Positions 1 through 11,197 of a DNA stretch of 64,000 nucleotides are shown in pieces; position 1 is the stretch's first letter, and every line of letters starts with the position of its first letter. Position numbers and translations under genes: made by a program. The notes below the pieces were generated by a model, which was not told the DNA's origin, did no database searches, and saw only the letters and a list, made by a program, of their open reading frames with translations. The stretch is taken from assembly GCA_040954595.2 (NCBI GenBank), contig CM082583.2:10801656-10865655 (forward strand). The letters run 5' to 3'. The stretch is from Balanoglossus misakiensis (taxonomy: Eukaryota; Animalia; Hemichordata).

Positions 1-2487
1 GCCAGTTGTTCACCCATGCACACTCGTCGACCTTGAAAAACGAAAGGAAACATTTAAACGTCTCAAAGCAATCCGTTACAAATAGCATCAACATTAATGT
101 GAAAGACTTGTTTCTCCAAATGAACTTTTGTGTAAATACCCTAGGCTTTTCCATTGTTTGCTGGAATAATCCCTTGAAGTACCTGAAAATAACAATTGAC
201 TTGGATCTCTGTCAGAAAATAAAGGCCTCACCTGCTGAGAATGGAAGAATACGGTCTGCGTTCTGCACTGAATTTAGCTCGTGGTTGTAGAATCTTTCTG
301 GTGAGAATTTGTCTGGATGCTGCCACACCTTAGGATCATTCTGGACAGACCTAGAGAAACCCATGCATGGAAGATCTATTAGCTTCGATATGGGGAGAAC
401 AACGATAGATAACAACTCCAATGTGATCATGGGTCGAAATTAATGATAAGCCCTGCCAGTGACAGAGTTTGGAATGTGAAGCTTCAGTGTACAATGTATT
501 CACATCACCTTCAGCATAACTACTGCTATAATGCTCAGAGAATGATCAGACAGGAGATATAATTGTTTTTACCATAAATTGAAGTGGACAAAAACACCCT
601 TGGGAATGTTGTATCCTTTCAGGGTGGTGTCCACCAGTGTACGATGTGGGATGGTGAGACGTACAGTGCTACCACGTCGTTGTATTTCCAACAGAGTTGC
701 TTCAGTGTATGGCAGCTTGCTTCGATCTGCTAAACTCGGTCGTCTGTTGTTTCCCACAACCTGATGTTAGAACAAAATGTCGTTTGTGTATGGACGAGAG
801 AAGGCTCTGTCAGAGCCACATACATACATACACAACCAAACACACGCGCACTCACACACACACACACACAAGCAAATTAAACATACATGAGTTGGAAGAT
901 CTTTCAATCACCTCTTGTATTTCCCTGTAGACTTTATCCTGGACGTCAGGGTGATTCACCATAAATAAGATAGCCCATCTCATTGTAGTAGCTGATGTTT
1001 CTGTCCCTGCTGTAAACAAGTCCACAAGTATCTTTCGCAATTGGATATCGGAAAACTCTTCCTTGTTCTGCTCTCCCTTGCTAGCCTCCACTAGATAGGC
1101 ATCGATAAAGTCGCGGATGTTGTCTTCGTCAAAAGTTTCACGGTGCACTTTGATCTGCTCACCACAGAACTGTGCGACTTGTTCGGCAAAATAAGTGAAA
1201 TCGCCGGAACTCTTCCAAAAGAACAGTCGGAGTGGTGGTGGAAGGGCATCTACAAAAACCATTTTGCCAACCAAAGACAGCCACTTCGCCATATTATCCA
1301 GAATGTGCAGAAAATAGGCGTCGTTGTATTGAAATCTCTTACCAAAGGCTATGGAGCATATTACATTTGAAATGCTTCGGTTGAGTAGGTTACCAAGGTC
1401 CATAGGTTTGTTTTCACATTCCTGTAAAACAATGAGTGAAATTCTAACCTATAAAGACCAATGGATAATGAAATATTTCGTCAACGAGGATCGGATTGGC
1501 AGGCTGTATTTCGATTATTGTGAGCACATTAATTTGTGCAACATTCATGACAAGGTACAAAAAGGGGGTCCTCTCGCTTATGTGTCAAGGGTAGTCTCAT
1601 AGAAGTTCATGGAGCATAAGAAAATATTTGAAACATCCTAAACTCGACTGTATGGAATTTGAACTGCTTTCGCTTAACACGAATTGTCTAATCACCTGGA
1701 ATGAATCAATCAATGCTTCAACTTCTTCCATAATTTTACTTTCCATGCTCATCTTCCCAAATCCAAATCCTCTGAGAGTGGTGTGGGCGAACTTCCGGCG
1801 ACGTTGCCATTCTTCAGTGTAATGGCCATCGACGATGCCTGAAAAAACACGTCGAACCAATTTGAGTGATTCATGTCAACTACATTGTCACTTTACCAAG
1901 GCAAGTGTCATCTCCATTTGTAAAGGTTTTTATAAATTGAACAGTGAACTAGTTTTCTGAAAATAAAAATGGCCAATCTTAATGTTTGCTATAATTCCCA
2001 GCACAGTCACTTTGCCAGCCCACAGTCCCTCAAGTGGCCAGACTAATACCTCAGACTAGAATCCTGACTTGTAGTCTTTTGTGAAGATCTCGAGTCTGTA
2101 TGCTAGACTAGACTTACCTAAATTGTGCGGATTAGTCAGGCCTAAAACCCATGATTTAGGTCGGTCGGCAAAGTCGTCATCCCTTTTCACTAGCGCCTCT
2201 ATGATCGCTTCAAATCCATTGACGATTACTACTGGTTTTCCATTGAGCTTCAAGCTGTACACATCACCATACTTCCTTGACATGTTGAGCCAGTCCTTGT
2301 GTGGCGTTGTAGGTGAAACCAAGAGACCGCTTCCGATGATCGGCAGTCCCCACGGCCCCGGCGGGAAATTCTTGCATGGTTTTTGGTAGTGTCTGATGAT
2401 GGTCCACACTACAAGTGCTACAAACAGCAATTCTAGTACAGACAATGGATCTGTGGGTATCATGGCGTCCAGATGTGTATAGAACAT
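1..2487 (-). CDS. Cytochrome P450, CYP2 clan (CYP2J/2U-like), tandem copy 1; spliced, last exon runs off the left edge
   Basis: TM anchor plus PPGPWGLPIIG; WxxxR (EWQRRR); I-helix FTAGTETS; K-helix EIQR; PERF; heme motif split across an intron, FSAG|RRVCMGEQLA (1-32). GT-AG exon boundaries. Confidence 0.93.
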
Positions 2488-2806
2488 GGAACATTATCTG
2501 GGTCAATGTTCGGTCTGTGTACTAGGGTTAGGTCAATATGTGTAACACCCAAACGTGCAGGGTCACCATTGTGACAGTAAGTACAAAAGGTAGTCAGTGG
2601 AATCGCATATTGGGTATATATGGTTAATGTTTATTGAAAGATAGTGGCGCATGAAGACCATAACTGCCTGTTCATGTAAAAATGTTACATTTCATAATCA
2701 TGTAAAAAATTAAGATCAAGCCTGTGAGATCAGTTAGCATTGCAGATAATTTTATGAAGTTATTGTCATTAAAATCACCACCACGGCTTATTTTCATGCT
2801 ACACAG

Positions 2807-3684
2807 CTTGTGGTTCATGTGGGTGTCCATGGTCAGGCCAGAGAAATTATCCTGGAACAGAAGGCCCACAATACAGGCTACTACAGACAAGATATTTGCA
2901 TGAAGACACCAGAGTTGGAGGTGAGGAACTGGAGTGTTCTATAAATTGTATGTAGATCTCAAAGCACCCTGTGACCGTGCTTATATCAATTACTGGTGGT
3001 GAATTTTGAGGTTTTGAGTCTGTCACTTATATCAACTTTGGCCCTCTAATATTCTTTCTTATTTTCTTTCAGTGTTGTATAAAAGATGGCGAAGACTGCC
3101 TTCAGAATACATTAAATATTCAAGCAGTCTGTGATACCATCAATGGCACAGATAACAATCTGAAATCCATCACTTCCAATGACCCAGGCAGGTAGGTCAA
3201 AATTAGCATATTCTTAACATATATGCAGCAGTAGTTTCAAACTAACTGCCTGGTTTATTACGAGTGCTGATGGCAGAGGGAATTTCCAGGCACGCGTAAT
3301 ACATGTACACATCATCTCACTTCAAAGGTGTGCATCTGTTATTTTGTGAATGCTTTGAAATGCTGTTCAACCTCTCAAAAGAGGTGATGGTATAGCAGTC
3401 ACAAGAGGCAAGGCTATAACGTACTAATACTCCCTCATAGCCAATCAAGCAATATTCCTTTGACCTTTGACATTCAGCAAACCTTTGTGACCTTTGACAT
3501 ATATTTCAGGTACCTGTGCGATTTCTCCTACTACCTCTCACTTTCTGAAAACAGAGCGGCATGTGTGTTTGTCCACGTACCACCACTTGGAGAGCCATAC
3601 TCTGCCATTGAACTGGCCCAGGCACTCAGAATTGTCATACAGTGTCTGTTGAAACAAATAGAATCATCCAGTATGAAAGCATAA
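2807..3684 (+). CDS. PGPEP1: Pyroglutamyl-peptidase I (C15), 3' three exons only (2807-2920, 3073-3191, 3510-3684); 5' exons absent here
   Basis: LVVHVGVHGQAREIILEQKAHNTGY / CCIKDGEDCL...SNDPGR / YLCDFSYY...VFVHVPPLGEPY match PGPEP1. Catalytic Glu, Cys and His are present and splice phases are consistent. No N-terminal TGFGPF exon between 2658 and 2807. Confidence 0.85.
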
Positions 3685-3841
3685 ACTCACAGATGATACA
3701 CATACTTTTTATCAACTAGAACAGAAGCTGTAAAATTTGTATATTTTATTGTCTATTTAATTGTAAAATGATTTGTACTCAAGTTGTGCAGATGTAAATT
3801 TGATTAATGTGGGACAGGTCTCTTGATCACGACCACTGGCA

Positions 3842-6357
3842 CTAATCAACGCGATTAGTTATCACCACTTGATACGGTTTAGGGTACAGCGCCAACCCGA
3901 GCACGCCCTCAGCGCTAGGCTTCTCACATCCTTGGGGAACCGAGAACTTGAACTGTTGAATCAGTGACGTAAAGTACAAGAACATTTCGTGCTTTGCCAG
4001 TTGTTCACCCATGCACACTCGTCGACCTTGAAAACAAAAGGAAACATTTAAACGTCTAAAAACAATCTGTTACAAATAGATATTTTAACATCAACATTGG
4101 TGTGAAAGACTTTTGTTTCTCCAAATGAACTTTGTGTAAGTTATTTATTTGCAGGTTGGTGTTTTCTGTTTGTCTAGCTTCCATTTTAATTCCATGTTAG
4201 GCCACTGCATTCGGTCTGAAGTAAATACCCTAGGCGTTTCCTGTGAAGTACCTGAAAATAACAATTGACTTGGATCTCTGTCAGAAAATAAAGGCCTCAC
4301 CTGCTGAGAATGGAAGAATCCGGTCTGCGTTCTGCACTGAATTTAGCTCGTGGTTGTAGAATCTTTCTGGTGAGAATTTGTCTGGATGCTGCCACACCTT
4401 AGGATCATTCTGGACAGACCTATAGAGACCCATGCATGGAAGATCTATTAGCTTTGATAAGGGCAGAACAACGATAACAACTCTAGTGTAATCATGGGTT
4501 GAATTGATATGCCCTGCCAATTGGAATGTGAAGCTTCAGTATAACAATGTATTTGCATCACCTTCAACATAACTACAGCTATAATGCTCAGAGAATGATC
4601 AGACAGGAGATACAATTGTTTTTACCATAAATTGAAATGAACTAAAACACCCTTGGGAATGTTGTATCCTTTCAGAGTAGTGTCCACCAGTGTACGATGT
4701 GGAATGGTGAGACGTGCAGTGCTGCCACGGCGTTGTATTTCCAACAGAGTTGCTTCAGTGTATGGCAGCTTGCTTCGATCTGCTAAACTCGGTCGTCTAT
4801 TGTTTCCCACAACCTGATATTAGAACAAAATGTCATTTGTGTATGGACGAGGGAAGGCTCTGTCAGAGCCACATACATGTACATACATACACAACCAAAC
4901 ACACGTGCGCTCACACACACACACAAGCAAATTAAACATACATGAGTTGGAAGATCTTTCAATCACCTCTTGTATTTCCCTGTAGACTTTATCCTGGACG
5001 TCAGGGTGATTCACCATAAATAAGATTGCCCATCTCATTGTAGTAGTTGTTGTTTCTGTCCCTGCTGAAAACAAGTCCACAAGTATCTGCCGCAATTGGA
5101 TATCTGAAAACTCTTCCTTGTTCTGCTCTCCCTTGCCAGCCTCCACTAGATAGGCATCGATAAAGTCGCGGATGTTGTCTTCGTCAAAAGTTTCACGGTG
5201 CACTCTGATCTGCTCACCACAGAACTGTGCGACTTGTTTGGCAAAATAAGTGCAATCGCCGGAACTCTTCCAAAAGAACAGTCGGAGTGGTGGTGGAAGG
5301 GCATCTACGGAAACCATTTTGCCGATCAAAGACAGCCACTTCACCATATTATCCAGAATGAGCAGAAAATTGGCGTCGTTGTATTGAAATCTCTTACCGA
5401 AGGCTATGGAGCATATTACATTCGAAATGCTTCGGGTGAGTAGGTTACCAAGGTCCAGTGGTTTGTTTTCACATTCCTGTAAAAGAATGGGTGAAATTCT
5501 AACCTATAAAGACCAATTGATAAACGAAATATTTTGTCTTCGAGGATGGGGTGGCTGTATTTCGATTATTGTGAGCACATTAATTGGTGCAACAGTTTTG
5601 ACGAGGTACAAAAAGTGCATCTTCTCGATTATGTGTCAAAGGTAAAAGTTCATGGATTATATAAAGAAAATAAGTAAAACATCTGCACTTTTCGCTTGAC
5701 ATGAATTATCTCATCACCTGGAATGAATCAATCAATGCTTCAACTTCTTCCATAATTTTACTTTCCATGCTCATCTTCCCAAATCCAAATCCTCTGAGAG
5801 TGGTGTGGGCGAACTTCCGCCGACGTTGCCATTCTTCAGTATAATGGCCATCGACGATGCCTGCAAAAACACATTGAACCAATTTGAGTGACTCATGTCA
5901 ATTGTGGCCGGACTAATACCTCAGACTAGAATCCAGACTCAAGGTCTTTCGCTAAGCTCTCGAGTCTGGACGCTAGACTAGACTTACCTAAATTGTGCGG
6001 ATTAAACAGGCCTAAAATCCATGATTTAGGTCGGTCGGCAAAGTCGTTACCCCTTTTCACTAGCGCCTCTTTGGTTGCTTCCAATCCATTGACGATTACT
6101 ACTGGTTTTCCATTGAGCTTCAAGCTGAATACATCACCATACTTCCTTGACATGTTGAGCCAGTCCTTGTGTGGCGTTGTAGGCGAAACCAAGAGACCGC
6201 TTCCGATGATCGGCAGTCCCCACGGCCCCGGTGGGAAATTCTTGCATGGCTTTTGGTAGTGTCTGATAATGGTCCACACTACAAGTGCTACAAACAGAAA
6301 TTCTAGTACAGACAGGGGATCTGTGGGTATCATGGCGTCCAGATGTGTATAGAACAT
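3842..6357 (-). CDS. Cytochrome P450, CYP2 clan, tandem copy 2 (complete, 6 coding exons)
   Basis: Same motifs as copy 1. Last exon GRRVCMGEQLAKHEMFLYFTSLIQQFKF...LYPKPYQVVITNRVD* with stop at 3842-3844. Confidence 0.93.
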
Positions 6358-6888
6358 GGAACATTATCTGGGTCAATGTTCACCCTGTGTACTAGGGTTA
6401 GGTCAATATGTGTAACACCCGAACGTACATGGTTACCATGGTGACAGTAATAAAAAGTATATCAATGGTACAAAAGGTAGTCAGTGGAATCGCATATTGG
6501 GTATATATGGTTAATGTTTATTGAAAGATAGTGGCGCATGAAGAAATTCGTACCGAGTGACATTCCTGTGGGAACCAAACTTTTGAAATGTTTTCAAAGG
6601 ACGTGGTGGATGAAACACAGAGTGCCAGATTTTAATACAACTCGTTGACATACTAAAAGTAAAATTCGCATGGCGTACGTCCATTTGAAGCAGCTCGTAA
6701 GGTTGTCTGTGATTGGTCTAGGCCTATTTCATTTGTCATCTAATATGCAAATTAATGCACCAGGTGTAAAAAAATATAACCCGTGGGTTTAAATCTTCGC
6801 GAAAGTCCAGGTATGGAGCTGGAGGTCGTTCGCCAGAAATGACAGCGCATTCTGACAACATAAAAACGACCTTATCGTTCAAGTGTCA

Positions 6889-6909
6889 TCATATGACCGG
6901 TCACCTGAC
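6889..6909 (+). promoter_or_regulatory. Paired E-boxes, CLEAR-like (TCATATGA + GTCACCTGAC)
   Basis: One mismatch to the CLEAR consensus GTCACGTGAC, about 140 bp upstream of the ATG of a putative lysosomal hydrolase. Confidence 0.35.
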
Positions 6910-7047
6910 GAAAGGTATGGGGGAATCTTTCAGACTTTGAGTTGGTCATCGAACTATGTAGGCCTAACCGCGAGCGAACATACGAGTCGTAGTCCAGTCG
7001 TTCATATTTGTCTAAACGTATCGTCTGCTGCAACCGTGTGTAAAACG

Positions 7048-10000
7048 ATGGACAGTTGGTTGTTCAGGGCGTTTGTGGTTATTGTCACGGTGTCTCTGAC
7101 CATCGCTGCGGTGAGTAACATTTACTTCGAGTTCGTTCTACCAAAACATAAACGGAGTGATGTTATTCAGTGGAGTTTTTCAATATCACTCGTTTGTTTT
7201 GTCAGGCTGATACCGTGACGATCCGCAGTTCAAAGTCTATGCATTATTTTGCCAACCTACATATTGATAATCTTCTCCGGAATATAATCACAAAGGAGCG
7301 ACGTATAAGAAGGTTCTTTTGACAAGAGATAGCTGAGTAAAAGCTGACCACATTTTTTTCGCTCACAGCCCGATCCTCACGCCAAGCCTAATTTGAATCC
7401 AATCCAGACCGACCCACCTGTGTTTGTGAGACAAATTAAGAATGCAAAGTTATACACAGTTGGTAAAGGAGATGACATTGTGAATGTCTTGCACCTGTGG
7501 GGTAAGAACTTTAAGTTTAATGTCCGTCTCGTATACTCCATAAAAATATAAAACTCTGATGAGAGACCAGTTTTTCGGTTGTTCCACAAAAATGAAAACT
7601 TTCGGTTTTGTTCAACTTCAAACCCTGCTGCCGTGTTTCGAATGTAATCCGTGTTTTGTGTTCTGACAGGGAATCCCTATGAGAGAGGATTTGCGCACGG
7701 ATCAATCATGAAAAGTGAAGCTACTGCAATGCTGAACTCTGTATGGGGTTACTTTGAAAAAGAAATCGTAAGTCTTAAGCTTTGTAACGAAAAACCTAGA
7801 AAAACATCACAGTTGTGTTTTTTGCAACCTGGTTCCAGTCATTGAATAAGATTAATGACGTTTGTTACAGCTTATTCTGAGGAGCCTGAGTGAACATTGT
7901 CTCCAACTATTTTCGGGAAAACTCACTTGTAAAGCGTTAACTACTCCTTTCAGTTTCATGCGAACGATCACATATGAGCCCAACTGGAATACGATTTCAT
8001 TTTTTTCTTGCATATTACGATCAGATCGATGCAGTAAACAGCACAGTACCAGGCTTCTTCAAGGAGTGGTTCCTGAAAGATGTTGCTAACTTTGGGTAAT
8101 CAAAAACAATTAATCTGTGTTGGTATATGTGCATGGTTGTTTGTTTGTGTGTATGATGTACGGTATGTATGTGGGTGGGTGGGTGGGTGGGTGGGTGGGT
8201 ACGTGGACGGACGGGCGGATGGATGGATGGATTGAAGTCGTAAAACTCAAACTAATCTTCCTACTTCCAGCTTGGACGTTGCATTGGAGTTGGAGAAGGT
8301 TGCAACCAAACCATATACGCGTAAGTGTTAGTTTGCAAGTTTGCTTGTTTTTTTTTCATTGCTGTAACAAATGATCGGCGTCATTCAGATCAACATTTCG
8401 TTTTGGTTTGATCTTTTAAGAGAAGTTTCCTTTGTCGTTTTGCTAGCACAATATTTCTATGACGAAATCCAGGGATTAGCTGATGGGGCTGGAGTGGACG
8501 TAAAGGTGGGTGAATAGCGACAAAAAAATTCTACCAATGATCTTTAAATGACTAGAATCGTGATCACTTGTTTATCGATACGTGTGTAAGATCGTACGTA
8601 GAGATGGAATTCCAGAACCGATTATTTAGGCTACTACCGTGTATTTCTTTCTCTCGTAAAAGTAATTTTCTTGACACTCGACCTTGGTTACGTTATGTAG
8701 TCTCACGTCTCCAACTTCTCTCCCTGTTTTTCCCCCAGACAATTGAAAGGATCCACCTGATTGGAGAATTGACGTGAGTGTTCGATTAACAACCCCAAGA
8801 CACACTTTTATGATCTGGTTTGATCTAACGATAGGACCCAATGATTTAAACCATGATAAAAAATAATGATATTGAAGAAAATGTTTGGTTATTTCAGAAA
8901 GGGCAGCTGTTCAATGTATGGAGCGTGGGGTAAAGCTGTACCAATCGCCAACTCTGTCATGCAACTACGTGCATTAGATTGGGCCTCTGATGGTAGGTCT
9001 CACTCCGATACGGTTTTCCTTCCAAGTATTTGGAAAATCGCAGTACACGTCGTCTGCAAGTACTCGAGTTTTCATTAGCAATCCTCATCATTCACAAAAA
9101 GAAACATCACGAGATTTACGATTTTTGTATTTTCTGTGACAGGACCTTTCCAGAACTATCCTCAACTGACGGTGTACCATATCGATGAGACGAACGCTGC
9201 CAACGGTCACTCTTTTGTTAATATTGGTTGGAGTGGTTGGGTGGGCTCCATCACAGGTATGTTAAAAAGAAAAGTCGTTTTGTCTTAATTTAACAATTTG
9301 TCGAGGGGTTCTTCAATTGTTGTTCCTTTTCATACTGCAGTGTTGAAATAACTGATCATAAAATCAATTTCTACCCCATTCCCGTTGTATCCCAGGAATG
9401 TCTTCGACTCAGATGGCCATCAGTGAAATCGGCGTTGCGTACCGGGATGATACGTTCGGAAAAGAGTCCAGATTTGGATTCCCGTTTACCGTGAGTGGCA
9501 ACAATCGTCTCCATGCCAACAACAACCATCAAACATCCACTTCCATCTTCATTATCCGTGCACCACCACTACCACCACCAGAACCAGAACCACCATCTGG
9601 TTCCAAGGGCCATTCAGTCCCCTATATTAGTATTTCTAGACCTAAAATTCGTCACTTGCAGCAGAATATTTTTAAGACCCAGTGTTAACGTATGACTAAT
9701 ATTATAACAGCCATTTGTACTCTTCTATCACAGTTCCTGCTCAGAGACATTTTACAGTTCGACAATACCTTGGATGATGCTATCAATCGCATAGCTAATG
9801 CCCACAGGACATGTGATCTCATCCTTGGCGTAGGCGATGGAAAGGTAGAGATAACATCAATAACTGTCGATTTTCGTTGCACTCTCACTAAAATTTACAA
9901 ATTTATTTTGAGATTATCATTGCTTCAAACGAAAGCTTATTTATAATAACACAAGTAAATGAGTATTGATAACCAAGTTGTTGAGTGTTTGTAAACAATA

Positions 10001-10746
10001 TTGACGTCTCTCTGTCTCTCTCTGTCTCACTTTCTCTCCATCTCTCAGTTAAACACATTCCGTGGCATCCAATATTCAGCTGAGGTTTCTAATTTCTTTG
10101 ACGATATCAATATGCGACCGGTGGCCGACTGGCATCCTAAAATTGAAAACGTGGTCTACTGGGGTAAAGAAATTCTTGAAAATATCGTCCATCGAGATTG
10201 AATATTGCTTTTTCTGATGTCTCGTTGTGATAAATGTAAATGTGTCAGACACCAACCATCGATAATTTGTTTGTCTGTATGTTTAACTTTTGCATTGTCA
10301 GGAATGGACTGGTTAGATCCGGGATACAGTTCTGTCCTGGGTCGACAGCTTCAGAAGTACCATGGCAACATTACTGCCGAGAATACAATCCGTGATATCG
10401 TGTCTATCGTTCAGACGGGTGACTTACACATTGCTGTGTACGATTTGACACAGAATATCATGTATGTAGCCAATGCCAGAAAGGACAACGCTGGTGGACC
10501 GAAAAATGCTTATGACCGGTGAGGGCGCTGGTGTTTGTCACCTGATAACCATACCAACTTTTAGCCTAAATAACACGGCGTTTTTTATGTTTATAAAGTA
10601 ATGGCCTGTTTCTTAGGAAAAAATATGTGTTAGAGAATCAACTCAGAATCACGTTTTTCATACATTATTGCATCTGTTTATGTTACAGGCCTTTCATTCG
10701 AGTCAATGTGAAGCAGCTGATCAACGAGTCCAAACCAACCTCATAG
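7048..10746 (+). CDS. Secreted/lysosomal Ntn-hydrolase, Dictyostelium dcd1A/B-like (acid ceramidase / peptidase C45-related); multi-exon
   Basis: Signal peptide MDSWLFRAFVVIVTVSLTIAA; HLWGNPYERGFAHG; DEIQGLADG; GELT|KGSCSMYGAWG (candidate nucleophile Cys); LRALDW; GWVGSITGMS; ends VKQLINESKPTS*. Confidence 0.8.
8172..8232. repeat. (GGGT)n/(GGAC)n/(GGAT)n compound intronic microsatellite
   Basis: Directly visible tandem tetramers. Confidence 0.85.
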
Positions 10747-11197
10747 ACTCAACGACTAGTTTTTCAACTCTTAAAATTATGTAGACAAAACAACACGTAC
10801 ATGTACTTCATGGTCTACTAAAATATACCTTCAAAAATCTATTTAGTTTTTCTGTAAATCATCGATGAACTCCCTCTCTATGAAATCAAATGCATGTTAT
10901 TCCAATGTACATTGTAGATCAGTGTTCGTTCGAGTTATCTGACAACGGAGCGAGTTGGCTTTATATAAACTGTGGCATTTGACACAACAGAACTTGATTT
11001 ATTTTGATTTTCTTTGCATGTGTGAACTCCTAATAAAGTTAATTAATTATAAACATAACCATGAATGCCATATTAATAGTTTATATCAACCTAGGGAGTC
11101 TCATGACCTATATTCACCGCCATTGCTATTATGTCAAACCTCTAATGTTTCTGTTACGGGTGAAAATCAGAAATTTATATGGTTTTCCACTCGAATT

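Larger units (their letters stand above)
2658..6544. repeat. Tandem segmental duplication unit (~3.9 kb); 3996-6544 is homologous to 1-2657
   Basis: Exons, introns and proximal promoter are near-identical. Similarity ends after ...gtggcgcatgaaga at 2657 and 6544. Confidence 0.88.

Noticed and set aside
3459-3499. TGACCTTTGAC nuclear-receptor DR1-like motifs (similar ones at ~25627 and ~47554)
   Set aside because: Short motifs whose significance cannot be judged without genome background.
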